The notes: generated from the letters alone by a model not told the origin. A DNA stretch of 62,425 nucleotides, filler included, from Basidioascus undulatus (GCA_000826855.1; 6 parts of 6 records of this genome joined end to end with filler, not necessarily neighbours in it), one strand, 5' to 3'. Positions 22,078 to 34,936 are shown, counted from the first letter of the whole stretch. Program-made: numbers and translations.

Positions 22078-24051
22078 ATGCCCCTCACGACGCCACAGCT
22101 CCTCCTGCGCGGGTTCCTCGTCCTCGCAGGGCTCGTTACCCTCCGCGCGCTCCTCTTCCCCTCGCGCTCCTCCTCCTCCTCCCTCTCCTCCCGCGACACC
22201 CGCATCCGGACGCACAACGTCGTCGAGCGCTTCATCGGCGCCGAGCGCCCCCTCGACGTGCAGAAGTACCCGTGGCTGCAATCCCGGGTCGGGCGCGACG
22301 CGCGCGCGGACCTCTTCGACGATGGCATCCGGGGCGGGCTCCTCGACTTCTGGCACCGCTTCCAGCGGCCGTTCATGCTCGCGCAGGACACGGCGCACAT
22401 CGACAACCAGGTCGTCCGCGGCGCGGTCGACGACCTCCTCGCCTTCAACGGATGGGTCGCCGCCGCGTGCCCGCACCTCACGCGGCCGTTCGGGCAGAAC
22501 AAGGGCAACGACGACTACTCGGACCTCGCGGACCAGGGCCACCTCTACTACGTCGCCATCATCGTCCACTCCGCGGACCACTTCATCGTCGACCAGCTTG
22601 CAGTCATCGTCCAGCTCGCGCGGCGCCTCGGCGTCCGCTCCCTCTTCGTCTCCATCCTCGACTTTGACTCGCAGGACTCCACCCCCACCCTCGCGGACCT
22701 GTGCGAGAGCGTCCTCCTCCTGCTCGGGATCCCCTTCCGCATCCGCCGCGTCCCGCCCATGACCGTCGACCCCACCGCGGGGTACTATCCGCTCGAGGAG
22801 GCGCACGCACGCAACCTCGCGCTCGAGCCCCTCCACGAGCTCTACGCAAAGCGCAGCATCAAGTTCCACCGCGTCGTCTGGCTCAAGGGCTTCACCTGCC
22901 CGAACGACGTCCTCGAGAACCTCCGCGTCAGCATCCAGAACGACGCTGCCATGGTCTGCGGCATGGACTGGGCCGAACATAACGGTTTCTTCATCTTCTC
23001 TGACCGGTGCGCGCTATCCTTCCCTTCCCCTTCTCTTCTTTTTTTCTTCCCCTTCGCCATCCTTCCAGAATTACAACTCATCCTGTTTGGGTATGACAGC
23101 TGGCGCACACGCGACATCGAAGGCGCGCTCTTCCGGCAAGCCAAGTCGAACTCCAAGTCCGATGCGGGCCCCCCTCGCGACGCGATGGGCACGAAACGGT
23201 ACGCGAAGCACCTGCCGTTCCAAGCCTTCTGCTGCGAGAGCGGCACGCACGTCGTCGACCCGGCAGCATCGTACTACCGCAACATCGCGTACCGCGCCGC
23301 GGGGAGCCCGCAGAACCTGACGCACGCGCAGGCGTCCACGCCGGAGTGGGACCCCGAGAGCGCGTGCATGGACTCGGCGCAGATGTACTTCTGCCGGGAC
23401 GTCTGGGTCGATGCCGCCTCCGAGCCCGTCAACAAGGCGAAAGCCAAGCTCGTCGCCGGTGCCGGGCAGGAGAAGCCGGCCGCGCCCGGCGTGCCCGCTG
23501 GGCATGCGATGCAGGGCGCGGGAGGGCACCGCAAGGCGCGCAGGGAGGAGGAGGTGCCGCAGCAACAGCAGCGGCGGCAGGACGATCTTGACGGTGTGGA
23601 CGGCCGGGAGAAGGCCGCGGGCGGCGGGGTGGACGAGGTGAACCGTCCGGAGCTGGCGCCCGAGGGGGAGGAGCCTCCGCCCGAACACGTCGCCACCCCC
23701 GAGGACGACTCAGCGGCTGCGGAGAACGAGGACGCGGACTCGCCGTCCACCCAGCAATGGGTGATCCCCAACTCGTCCTTCCGCCCCGCGCGGATCCTCG
23801 TCAACCCGCGCTGCGTGACCACGTACGGGGGGGTCTCGCACACGCAGCTCGCGCTTGATCTGTTCGGGCAGGGCGAGGACGTCGCGCCGAGCGAGAGCGC
23901 GGGGGGCAAGTATGTGCTGGAGAACTGGGAGGGTGCGCCGGAGAGCTATGTCTGTCAGGAGATGCGCACTACGGGGGGCAGGACCGCGCCGAAGAGCCAG
24001 AGGAGGGTCGGGTTCTCGCTCCAGGCGCAGCTGGGGATGAACTGGGGCTGA
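22078..24051 (+). CDS. Glycosyltransferase family 69 (Cap59/Cap60-like capsule-associated protein)
   Basis: N-terminal TM segment, then LFVSILDFDSQDSTPTL, ARNLALEPL, CPNDVLE, MVCGMD, PFQAFCCESG and RILVNPRCVTTY. One stop-free 93-nt intron at 23007-23099. Confidence 0.85.
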   Translation: MPLTTPQLLLRGFLVLAGLVTLRALLFPSRSSSSSLSSRDTRIRTHNVVERFIGAERPLDVQKYPWLQSRVGRDARADLFDDGIRGGLLDFWHRFQRPFMLAQDTAHIDNQVVRGAVDDLLAFNGWVAAACPHLTRPFGQNKGNDDYSDLADQGHLYYVAIIVHSADHFIVDQLAVIVQLARRLGVRSLFVSILDFDSQDSTPTLADLCESVLLLLGIPFRIRRVPPMTVDPTAGYYPLEEAHARNLALEPLHELYAKRSIKFHRVVWLKGFTCPNDVLENLRVSIQNDAAMVCGMDWAEHNGFFIFSDRCALSFPSPSLLFFFPFAILPELQLILFGYDSWRTRDIEGALFRQAKSNSKSDAGPPRDAMGTKRYAKHLPFQAFCCESGTHVVDPAASYYRNIAYRAAGSPQNLTHAQASTPEWDPESACMDSAQMYFCRDVWVDAASEPVNKAKAKLVAGAGQEKPAAPGVPAGHAMQGAGGHRKARREEEVPQQQQRRQDDLDGVDGREKAAGGGVDEVNRPELAPEGEEPPPEHVATPEDDSAAAENEDADSPSTQQWVIPNSSFRPARILVNPRCVTTYGGVSHTQLALDLFGQGEDVAPSESAGGKYVLENWEGAPESYVCQEMRTTGGRTAPKSQRRVGFSLQAQLGMNWG

Positions 24052-25872
24052 GGGCGGGGTGCGTTCTCTTGTCTTTTTCTCTCCCGAACCTCTTCACTTC
24101 CGACCTTCCCGCTAACTTGCGCGTGCCGGGAGATAGGGAGCGTTCGACCTTCGACGCTGGACTTGGTCCACCTGGACCTGGACCTTGTGACTTGGGACTT
24201 GGGACTTAGGACTTGTAGAAACATTCCGTTTGGGGCCTTTTTGGATTATTTGGTTGCATTCCTGACTCGTTTCCCCTTTCTTATCTCTCCCGCGCATTGT
24301 GTTTATTTCACTTTCATGCTCGAATCGCTCCATCGCATTGCTGGACTCCGCCTCGCTTTCGGTCTGGTGCTGTCTGTCGCGTTCTTCTTGCGTCCCGTCT
24401 AACCTCAGATTAGGGTCTCTGAAGGGCGGACGGGTGGAACGTGGGAAGGTGGACGTGGGGAAGCCCGGCGCTGAAGAGGACGGGCGGACTCAGCCTGCCT
24501 CGCGCCCCATACGACGGGTCAAGATCAGTGAAGATTGTCAAGGGTTTTTTACGCTTACGGTTGTGTTCAGACTTGGTTCAGATGCGCAAAGAGCACCGGA
24601 CGACTGCGAGGGCAACATCAGCAGTTTCAGCTTACCTTACTGGCAGTCAACGCCACTAAGAGCACTCGCTTCGGTCCGGTCAACCTGGATCCCTAATCAT
24701 TCAACCAGGAAGTGTATACACATGGTTCTAAGGCATTACACCTCAACAACTTCGCGGGGTCACTCACCACGGCTGGCCTGCTGATCTCACCTGAGCAACG
24801 ATTGGAGCAGACGCTGAAAGTCAGCCACCGCGCCAGCAACATCGCATCGCATTTGGTTACATCGAGTGCACGTCCATAACAAACCCAAATGTGCACAAAC
24901 CCAAAATTTGAGAATTCCCTGGTAAGCAGGTAGCATATGATTTGGCAGGATCGAACGGACTAGTGCAGGCAGCGTGAGAAGCGTGAGGAGACTCAGCGCG
25001 ACCTGCATTTATTTCAACAGCGACCCAGGTGCCCGAGGGAACATCTTCCACGGCGAGCTCGTTGGTTAAAACGGTTGAAACTGCATCTGATGAGCAATCC
25101 ATTCTCTTCTAGCCTTGCCAGGGTGCTCAGCACCATGGGGCCGCAGGTGTGCCTGCCCCCAGTGTGCCTGCTGAGACCGCCATCGCAACATTATCGCCCC
25201 CCGAGAGCCGTACACTCCTATGAACTCGTTTTTCGTGTGATTATCTGAAGGGTTGGGACATGGTCTTTTTGCGTTTTTGGACATTTCTTATCAATTTTTC
25301 CAATGTACTGAGGGTGAAAGCCTGCAGAGTATCACCAATGCACAGCGGGTTGCGGCACATAGAGGGTTAGCTCTGCTGTTCGGTAGACTGATGAGACAGG
25401 AGCGGCGTGAGGAAACATACAGCAGGTTAACTGCACAACGAGCTTTGATGCAGAATTTGGCTTTATTCCGCATCATTTTGTCCGGCCCAAACGTCTGCGT
25501 CCCAACCGGCTCAAAGGCTGTGAGCAACTGAGCTCTTTCAGCTTGAGCCGACCCTTGCCACCTTTGGACTATAGATGTCTTTGGGAATACTTAGGGGTGT
25601 CGAGCAACGTCCGCTCGTGGGGGTCGTCTGAAGGCGGCCTTCGTTTGAGGGCAGAGCTGCTGAGTTGACTCGAGCCGCTGCACTTTGTGCATGTCCACTA
25701 GGTGCAGTCAATGCCGATCAAGTTGAAAGGGTATGAATAGAGAGGCATCTTCGACTTGACACCCATACTTACTCCAGGTCAACGGCAGTTGTAACTCCAC
25801 AGCAATTTGAAATCTAGGTGCCTCTTTGGCGTCGACATCAATTATTTAATTAAGCAGGGAATTCCATTGATA

Positions 25873-25944
25873 TCCTCCTTAGCTCAGTGGTAGAGCGCGT
25901 CACTAGTAATGACGAGGTCAGTCGTTCAAGTCGGCTAGGAGGAA
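25873..25944 (+). tRNA. tRNA-Thr(AGT)
   Basis: Acceptor TCCTCCT/AGGAGGA, D arm GCTC-AGTGGTA-GAGC, anticodon arm CGTCA-CTAGTAA-TGACG, T arm AGTCG-TTCAAGT-CGGCT. AT-rich upstream sequence and a T-run downstream. Confidence 0.93.
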
Positions 25945-26559
25945 CATGTTTTTGCTACATCCCGTTTTTGACCTGAGGCGGACTGACACCGCTATAATTG
26001 ATTTTTTTTATTTTCACGTGCTGTTCAGCATACGTTTCGAAGACCTCAAGCCCGCGCGCCGGTGCAGTGTTCGACAACCCTTAGACGCCGCACGACTTCG
26101 TCTTCCTGCGCTCACGTCGGGCATACGCCAATAGAGGGGCAGCGTGGATCTATCACAACAGTATATGTGAAAAATCGTGATCGATAGCCCTGACAATATA
26201 CAAAGGACTAGGGCGAGGACTAGGGGAAGAGCAAGCACTGCAAAGACCGAGCTACGAGAAACTGTGCTGATCAGCAGCTCGCTCGACGGCCTGCCCAAGC
26301 GGCTCCTTCTTGCCGTCATAGTTCAGCTCTAAAGGAGAGGCTGAAGCCGGAGCATTTCCTGTCCTGGAGCTCTTGCGACTCAAGTCGTAAGCCTCGACAT
26401 CCCGCCGGGCTCGTTGGGATCGCTGGACGGTCCACGTCCCTCTCTTGGGCTGATGCAGTAGGCGGAGCGCGCCCGCAGACCTGCTCGTATCTCTGAAGCC
26501 GGTGAGTATGGCCTTGTGTCAGCTCCCAGAACATCAAGCATCAAAAGCGGACATGCGCA

Positions 26560-27510
26560 CAGCGAAGAGGAACGGCAGGGGTGTACATACAAACGCCAGT
26601 GCCCAGACGATCGCAAGGCTTTTCTGTTCCCAAGCTTCGCGAACATCTTGGTGAAGGGAAAGGGAAGTTTCAGAACATGGAGGGCATGAGAATATTAGAT
26701 CTGACTCACGTGTGAACAAGGGAAAGGCTGCTCCGAAGAGACTGCGAAGCGTCGTGTTTGCGGCAATGGCAGAAGCGCCGTAGAGGCCGTAAGCGTCGAT
26801 GAGGTATGTGAAGACGCCCATGAAGATTACAATCTGTTTGTAGAATGGATGCTAAAACCTGTAAAGCACCATGGTTTGAACACCCGGAACTTGCCAGGCC
26901 AGCTGATGAAACGCAGTACATGTCAGTCTTTCGTTCGGACAAAATGCGGGACAAGCGAGACGAACCTCCGAAAAGTGCGGTGAAAAAGATGAGCACAAAC
27001 CATGAAAGCGAATACAAACAGGCTGGAACATGTAAGGATAAGCGTCTTGGCAATGTGCTGTTCTAGATCCAAAGCTCTTTCCGTACCCAAAAGGAGCGGG
27101 GAGTCCTCCAACCATAGCGAAACCCAGCCGAGCCTCGGGCGGGGCATGCCAGTAGTAGCGCTTCGAGATCACAGCGGCAATGACGAAGCCGAACATCATC
27201 CCAACGCCTTTGCAGGGTAGGTAACGCCAATGAGCGCCCTTTATAGTAAGCCGAAAGAACGTTGCAAGCAGCTCACCCATTCCGAGGAAAGCCAGGCCTC
27301 CAGGTCCCGGCTTCCAGCCACGGCCTGTCTGGGAAATGATAGTGAAGCTAGAGAAGCACATATAGAGCTACCCTGGAAGCGTCCCGTCAGTGAGGTCTCA
27401 TACCCAGAAGTAAAAGCTTTTCCGGCTCACATACGCAATAGCGGTATACACACAGCAGCTCAGTGCCAAGAATGCGGAAGGGCCGACCGAGCGAAGTGGC
27501 TAAGAAACCG
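26560..27510 (-). pseudogene. Degraded DHA1-family MFS drug:H+ antiporter (3' half)
   Basis: LGRPFRILGTE, RGWKPGPGGLAFLGM|GVG, PPEARL, YLIDAYGLYGASAIAANTTLRSLFGAAFPLFT and PLPFLF motifs. Frameshift near 26615 between MFAKLGN and AIVWALAFVCTPLPFLF. Apparent internal deletions. Confidence 0.75.
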
Positions 27511-27933
27511 GTAGCGTTTGTGGGATTCTTGAGATCATGCTCGCTCCCTTATCGCATAAGACAACGTTGATAATATATCAAATCATACATGTCAACGACC
27601 CGCTCTTCTAGATCGTAAGGTACAGGCCGTGAGGTAGCTATGTAGTTCGAGAGTTCATGAAGGGGCTAGAGCTAGAGTTGGGAGGGTTGTGAAACTCACT
27701 TCAAACCAGGCCGGTGCCGGTAAGCAGACAGATAGTGGAGCATTGTGTATTGAAAAGTTGACTAAATCACCCTGTTTTCTCAGTCCTTTTCTTTGTTACC
27801 CGAACTCAGGGAGCCTGAGGAAAAGGTAGCAAGGTGCTAGCACAACACTGAGGCAGACGACAAGCTGCATGCCGATGTGCAGGTGTACCATAGTATTCCG
27901 TAGCAATTTGGAGCATCCATCATCAGGGGGGGG

Positions 27934-28033
27934 NNNNNNNNNNNNNNNNNNNNNNNNNNNNNNNNNNNNNNNNNNNNTTAATTAATTAANNNNNNNNNNN
28001 NNNNNNNNNNNNNNNNNNNNNNNNNNNNNNNNN
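27934..28033. other. Artificial contig linker
   Basis: N44-TTAATTAATTAA-N44. Confidence 0.98.
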
Positions 28034-30101
28034 GGCCAACAGCGCCCGAGGACGACGAAGCGCTGTTCAGCGACATCATGCGCGAGCAGATGCCCAAGGG
28101 TCCACGGCTTACGCGTGACCCGGGCCTCACAGTCCGCCACCTGATGAAGTTCTTCGATGCCTCCCTCTGGCGCGGCTTCGATGACGGTCCTCAGGTGCGT
28201 TTGTCTCTTGCGCTCTACTCCCCCTCTCTCTTTCTTTCCGCTTTCTTCGGTAGTCATACTCAAACATCTGTGTCTCATTCGCAGTCATTCTACACCGTCA
28301 ACCGCGCTCTCTTCCTTCGTCTCGCCCAAGAAGAAGCGACCGCTGCGCCGTACTCGCCCGACGAGCCGCACCTCTCGCCTCCGCCGTTCTACCCCTCGTT
28401 CGGCGGGCCGTCGGACATGTACGACGACAATGGCGTCCGCGCGTTCTACAATACTTGGCTGGGTTTCGCGAGCAGGAAGAGCTTCGCGTGGAGGGACCAG
28501 TGGGACTTGCGCGAGGCACCGGATCGGAGGATCAGGAGGTGAGCGCGCATTTGAGGGAAGGACAGGAGGAAGCGTCAGTGAAAGGACAATGGATGCTGAG
28601 CAGCTGGTGTGGGTGTTGTGCAGGGCGATGGATGGTGAGAACCGTGCAGCGCGTGGAGACGCACGCCGGGAATACAATGAAACAGTTCGCGTGCGTACTC
28701 CTTTCTCTCTTTCCTTGTCCGCTCTCCATCCTGGCACGTCTGACTACTACTCTGACTACTGCTCAACAGTCGCTGGCCGCCTTCCTTCGCAAGCGCGACC
28801 CTCGATACAAGATCTTCCTCGCCTCCTCTTCCAACTCGTCCAGCTCGTCCTCCGCCGCCGCACAAGCTGCCCGCCGCGCCGCCGCCGCGCAGCGCCATCA
28901 GGAGCGCGAGGCGCGCGCGAAGGCATTTAAGGCGCAGGCGTGGCAGCAGGTGCACCAGCCTTTCTACTCTGACGAAGAGGAGGACGAAGAGGAGAGCGGG
29001 GAGGATGAGGGAAGAGAGGAGGGGGAGGTGGGAGAGGAGGACGGGGAGGAGGAGGAGTACGATGGGTTCTTCTGTGTGGCTTGCGGGAAGAGGTTTGGGA
29101 ACGCTGGGGCGTGGGAGAACCATGAGCGGAGTAGGAAGCATATTCGGGCTGTCGAGAAGTACGTTTTCCATCCTTACTTTTCTCTCTCCCTTCTCCCGCA
29201 TAACCCTTAGCTGATTATATGTCTTGCGCACCACAGGCTCCGCAGAGAGATGCTCGCGGAAGCGGACGAGCTCGACTTATCCTCCGACGACTTCGCGCCC
29301 GAGCTACCCCCTACCGACCCTTCGCCCCTCACGTCCGTTCTCGAGAATCTCGACCTTTCCGTCACCGAGAAGCAGGCGCAGGAGGAGGAGCCCAAGGACT
29401 TCTTCGCCGCGCCGCCACCTCCCTCTGCCTCGGTCGCGGGCGAGTTCGACCCGCCGTCGCGTAAGGGAGTGAAGAAGGCCAAGGGCCGGCGCGCTTGGGG
29501 GAGCGGGGTGGCCACGCCAGCGGCTGTGGAGGAAGCGGAGGAGGATATTGTAGAGACGCAGCCGCGGGTGGGGAAGAAGGGGAAGAAGAAGAAGAAGACG
29601 CGCCAGGAGGAGGACGCCGCGGCTCCTGCTCCTTCTCCTACGCCTACTTTTTCCGCACCCGCACCTGCACCCGAGTCCGCACCCGACCTCGACACCGACG
29701 CCCCCTCCTCCTCCCGCCCTTCCTCTCCCACCGCTACCCCCGCACCCGCACAACCCGAACTCTCCAAACGCGACAAGCGCCGCGCGCGCGAAGCAGCGAA
29801 GAAAGCCGCTCAGGCGAACGTCTTCGCCGCTCCGAGCGCACAGGTCCGTTGTTCCTTTCTTCTCCATTCCCATTCGTCGTTGTCCCGTTCTCACGTTCTG
29901 ACGGTGTGAAAACAGAACTGTAACGTCTGCGGCGTAGACTTCTCTTCTCGCACGAAGCTCTTTGCGCATGTGAGGGAGACGGGGCACGCACTGGCTGTGC
30001 CGCTCGAAGAGGCGGGAGGGAAGGCGAAGACTGCGAGTGCGGAGTGGGAGGAGGAGGATGGGAGGGGCAGGAGGAAGGGCAAGAAGGGGAAGCGACGGTA
30101 G
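28034..30101 (+). CDS. JJJ1: Jjj1/DNAJC21 J-protein with C2H2 zinc fingers (J domain upstream of the contig start)
   Basis: FYNTWLGFASRKSFAWRDQWDLREAPDRRIRRAMDGEN...REYNETVRSLAAFLRKRDPRY. Zinc fingers CVACGKRF...ENHERSRKH and CNVCGVDFSSRTKLFAHVRETGHA. Stop at 30099-30101. Confidence 0.92.
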
Positions 30102-33100
30102 TTAGAGAGTTTGGGACTGGGGGATGCGGGGCACGATAGATGTCGCGTCACCTGCTGCTTTAGATCATGTATACCCGTGTGAGCTGATGGAAGTGAGGCA
30201 GGCAGACTTGTCCTGGATAAGATGGCAACAAGCACGAGCGAAGCGATGCGGCGCGAGCTATTGCTGTCTTCTGAGTGGGCCCGTCCACACTGCAGGACGG
30301 CTCAGCGACTAGACCCTTTCTCTTTGGGATGCACTAGAGCTCGTAGTCCAGCAAAGCATGTGAAAATGTCCGCACTGAGCAGTGCAATCGCTGCATCTTC
30401 AACGGCTTCGGTTCAGTCTTTGCCGGCTTACCTACGCACCATCTTCCTCAGCCTTTCACACCTCCTCCCAGGTTATTGCCAACGTTCGTACGTCCCGGTA
30501 GCCCAACCTACTCGTGGACTTGTTTGCCTTCCTCTTTCACCGCCCATGGCGCTTTTGTGCTTAGTAACGAGTTCTTGCTTACCTATCATACGTCTGACTG
30601 CGTGCCCCTCGACCTCACGGTGTCGCTCGCGCAGGAGGTCGTACCTCACTGCACTGCCGCAGAGATGGAACGTCCAGAGCTGTTTGGACGTCAGGTCGGT
30701 ATACAATGGCGCTTTTGTGCTTATTCTCCAGTTCACGCACTTTGCTCGGGTGCCTCGAAGCTTGGTGCCACCTGCCCCTGCCCTTCGTGGAGTCGCTCGG
30801 GACCTCGCACGAGGTATCCAAGTGCGGGGGTAATTCTCCTCCTTCCAACAGACCACATAAAATACAGCCCTCAACCGCATCTGTGCATCCCCGGGATATC
30901 TTCCACTCTCCTAGCACTCCTGGCCAGGCGCCACTTCCCGCACTTCCTACGTTTCCAGCTATTCCCATACATTCGCTTGTACGCCCTTCCCCTCATCAGC
31001 TCTGAGAACCACAAGCACTTGCTAACAAGAGCACCATCTTACCACCCCACAGAAGCAAATCCACCATGTCCGGCAATCCGCAATACACGCCTCCCCTCTC
31101 GCCCTTCGGTCTTGGCCGACCCTCCTCGAGCGGCGGTGGGGCGCACGGAAGCTCCACGGGCTGGGGAAACATTGCTGGTTCTTTCTTCGGCGGAGGGAGT
31201 GGGCGCCTCAGGGTCGACGAGCAAGAGCTTGGAGTGGGCTGGGCCGCTTGGGCGGGGCTGTGACTTAGTCAACGGGTGTTTGGAGGCGGCTGGGCCGCGG
31301 CGGTGATTTCGGGTTCGGGGTTTCAAAAGGGAGGTGCGCAGGTTTACACTCGGCTGGACCGGCTTGTGGTGTCAGAACATGCACGAACAGTGCCTGCTCC
31401 CCTTGCTCGGCGAGCAATCTTGAGTGACCAAGGGCACCCGCAGCGCCCACACTGACAATGGGTTAGAAATATGAAAAAAATAAGTAATGCAGTCTTGAAG
31501 AGGTGTGGAATCGCCGCCAATGAAAGGGACGCGCAGAAAACCTCTGCCGGGGCCCAAGGGCCGGCGCAAGAAGTCGCCAGCGTCCTGCAGCGACAATCCT
31601 GAATGTTCCGTACGATTGGCTGGCTGAAAACACTGATCCGAAAGCTCGTTACCCACCCACTGAACAATACTGAGAATCATTGACTCCGTCCGCATAGGGG
31701 GCATAGCTTCACTTTCACTGGATTTCAACCCATGGACCTCTCCATTACCGCAACAGCTAACTCCACGTTGCCTCAAGAAGGTCCTGTGGTAACCAGTGTG
31801 ATCCTTCTCCATAGAAACCGGGTCTTCGACGTGCCACATTGACGCAAAGGGGCTGTGCCTCTTGGCTGCAAGTGTTTGCATCTTCAAGTGAACAACACTA
31901 TTCCTCTTTGGGTGAAAACAGTTGCAGACCATTTACACATAACAAGTCTTCTGAAAAGTGAAGCATTACGGCGGCGTCGACCTTTGAATATTGGAGTAGC
32001 AGGACACGCTGCAGCAGCCAGCCGCAATCCAAGCCGACTGCTTCGCAGTCTTCTGTGTCCTCATCCCAACTTTCCGACAGCTTCTCGAAGGCCATGACGA
32101 AGTAATTCAGTGTGGGTATTGGGGGGAATAATCCAATACATGGAAAATGTCGGTGCACTACGCCCTTCACTGCCTTCACTGGCAGGCTTCGCAGCTTCAG
32201 AGGCGCGCTAAACATGTCCAGACTGATGCTGCAGAGACTCTCTTTCAAGCCTCTCACATTCTCTCAACTGAAAGTGTGAACGCAAATCCCAAATGGTCTG
32301 CCGAGCTGACTCACGGCAACGCCAGGCTACATACCTCTTCCATCAATGACCATCGACGTTGAAGGACGCAGTTCGCAGAAAATGTAGCATGCACGCAGTG
32401 GGGCGGTCAGTCAAGCTCGCCGTACGAAAATCAATGCTACGCATGATGTACATTGGGACTGGGGCAGGAAACAAGGTCTTCCTCTCTGACTTTCTGTCCT
32501 TGGCGAGATCCGCGCCCAGGCATGCCGACGCACTCTTCGACGACGTCTGCGCTCGGAGACGCGGCGATAGTTGAGCGACTCAACAAAACGCCGAAGCAGA
32601 CCACTTTAGTTTCAGGCTGCCTATGAAAAAAAAAGTATGGATGGTGTTGAGTCCTCCGCAGCACAGCAGGACGACATCTGACAAGCGGTGTCTGGTGGTG
32701 ACCGTCTCGCAGTCGCTTCGCGACAGGGATTCTTGCAGTTTCTGACCAGGCAAGACTCAAGGAGGCTGTCTATACAGCCATCCAAGCAAAAATTATGCTA
32801 GCCGGTGGTGCACCACGGCTGACGCGTAGTATTGTTTTGCACAATGCCTCCGTCGTCGTCGGCAACCAAGGAACGGACTGAGGCATAAGAGCAGACCAGC
32901 AAGCCTTGCGAGCAGCTGCAGGCTAGCTTAGAGGTGTGGAGTTCATTTCAGCAACATTTCCAGTCCAGCGCCTCGGAAGCTGGTTTCGTAGTAATCCTTG
33001 TCGGAGGGAAGCCAAGGTTGGGGACACCTTGGGAACGCGCCCCGCGAACTTCAAGCTGGAGCTCCTTGGAGCTCCAGTTGGCTCCAGCCCTTACTCTCCC

Positions 33101-34936
33101 GGCGTCGGCAAAACGGCAGCGACGTCGTCGTCGACTTCGTGACGTGAAACGGGCGGGAGTGGCGGAGATGCTTTCTTCTTGAGTCGCCTTCATGAAAAAG
33201 AAGGAGGTGTTGAAATTGTTGTGTGAAAGCATTGCAAAAATCCATAGCACCCCTGCGTAAGCTCCGAACGCGCTGCCCGCCCCCCCCAAAAAAAAAGATG
33301 GGTCTCTTCAGAAACACGTTGCAGGTACGCGGCAGGTGCGACAGACGCTATCGCGCAGACTTCTGGCATTAGAAAAAAGTTCGAGCCGGCCAGCGAGGAT
33401 AGCGTGTGTGGCTGGCGCAAGGCCCAAGCTTCAGGGACGTCGCACCCTTGAGATGAAACTCGCTCGCTCGGTCCCAGCGAAGGCTTCAAGGGAGGAAGAA
33501 AAAATGCGCAGGATGGTGGGTAGGTACGCACCAAGTACGTACGCACCGCGCGGCAGTGCTGTTCCCGCATGAGAGGGCGTGAAACAACTGTGGCGAAGGC
33601 GGTGGCTGAAGGTGAGACATGCTGCTGCAGGCATCCTGGCGCATCGGCATCGCGGTTGACGTTTTGGACGCGATGGAAGACGTAGAGCCGGGGCGCGGGG
33701 AGGACGTGGGCGTCGACCAAATTTCGACTCCCCCCGCCGCGCCGTGGACTCCGTGGCCCTTGGCGTTTGCCCTTCCTCCGCACCGCTGTCCGTGCGGACG
33801 GCCGGCTGACCCCTTCCCTTTCGCTTCCTGACCCGCAACGAGCTGCGGACACTCGACACACGCAGGCAGGTAAGGTACTACGGTATTCAGGACACGCACC
33901 CTGTTCAAAAGGCTGACAAAAAGAAAAAAGAAAAGCGCAGGCAAGCACCCCGGTTCGAGCGAGCGGGATTCGACTCAAGAGAGACTCGGCGTTGCACGAG
34001 CGCGCAGTTGCCGGTTACCCCCCCTCCCCTGGCACTCCTTTCGCCTTCCCCTCCCCCCTCACTCAGCACCCAGCTGCTGCGCCCTCCTTTACGGCCTTGC
34101 CTTGCCCGCCAGCGCTGTGGTCTCCTTTCTACCGTCGTTCCTACCCTCCTCCTCACACTCTACATTATTCGGCACCGTATCACACACCGCAACTTCGACC
34201 TTCGACCTTGGACCTCGACTCGTCCTCTCTTTGTCGTCCTTCTACCAAGCATAACTTAACTCCCACCTCGCGTCCTACTTTATTGTCCGACCTCGTAAGT
34301 CCTGCGCTCTCCATCATATAGATCGGGGGGCGCACCACGCAGTGGTCCTCGAGTCGTCGAGCACTCCTTTTCCCTGATGGAACCGCTCGCGGCCTCCGTT
34401 GAATCCGGGCGGCCGTTCCTGAATGATGACTTTCTCATGCTCGCCACGCAGGATCTCTGCCTTCCCTCCCTCGCTCCTTTACCATCCCGCTGCACCCCAC
34501 AGCCTGTCCAACTTTATTCCTCTAGCACGTACGCCCTTTCAGCTGGCTGGACAGCACGGTACACTTACCCGGCCCGCTCCGCAGCTGGACTTCCTTCCTC
34601 CTTCGCTCTCGCCACTGCTCGCTTCATACGCAGACGTCCAGCTGGGCTACCGTCTGATATATTTCGTGTGAGTGTCCTTGTTTTGCATACGGCGCTCGGC
34701 AATTGTGGAATGCCCAAGAGCGATGGAACGCGGGTGTCAAGCGGGGCTACCGCACCGTCGTGCCGGCCCGTCGAGCAGTACGCGGCGTGTTTGTTAACCC
34801 GCAACTCTCCCGTGTAGATTCTCCACACACAACCGTCCAACCGTCCACGCCCCGTCAGCAGCAACCAGCGCGCCAGGAGCTCAACTCACCCCAATCCATC
34901 TTGCCCTCCCATCGCCCCCCTCTCTCCTCCCCTCCC

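Noticed and set aside
21988..22980. Long antisense ORFs over GT69, TRP4, PAN3 and the ABC1 kinase
   Set aside because: Shadow ORFs expected from high-GC3 codon usage on the opposite strand.
24400..25008. Signal-peptide-like MQVALSLLTLLTLPALV with downstream intron-like signals on the minus strand
   Set aside because: I could not build a consistent open spliced model or assign a family.
30546..30723. 18-nt direct repeat ATGGCGCTTTTGTGCTTA
   Set aside because: Only two copies about 160 nt apart, with no element structure.
33940..33980. GGTTCGAG and GATTCGACTC B-box-like motifs beside an A-run
   Set aside because: No cloverleaf or A box could be built on either strand.
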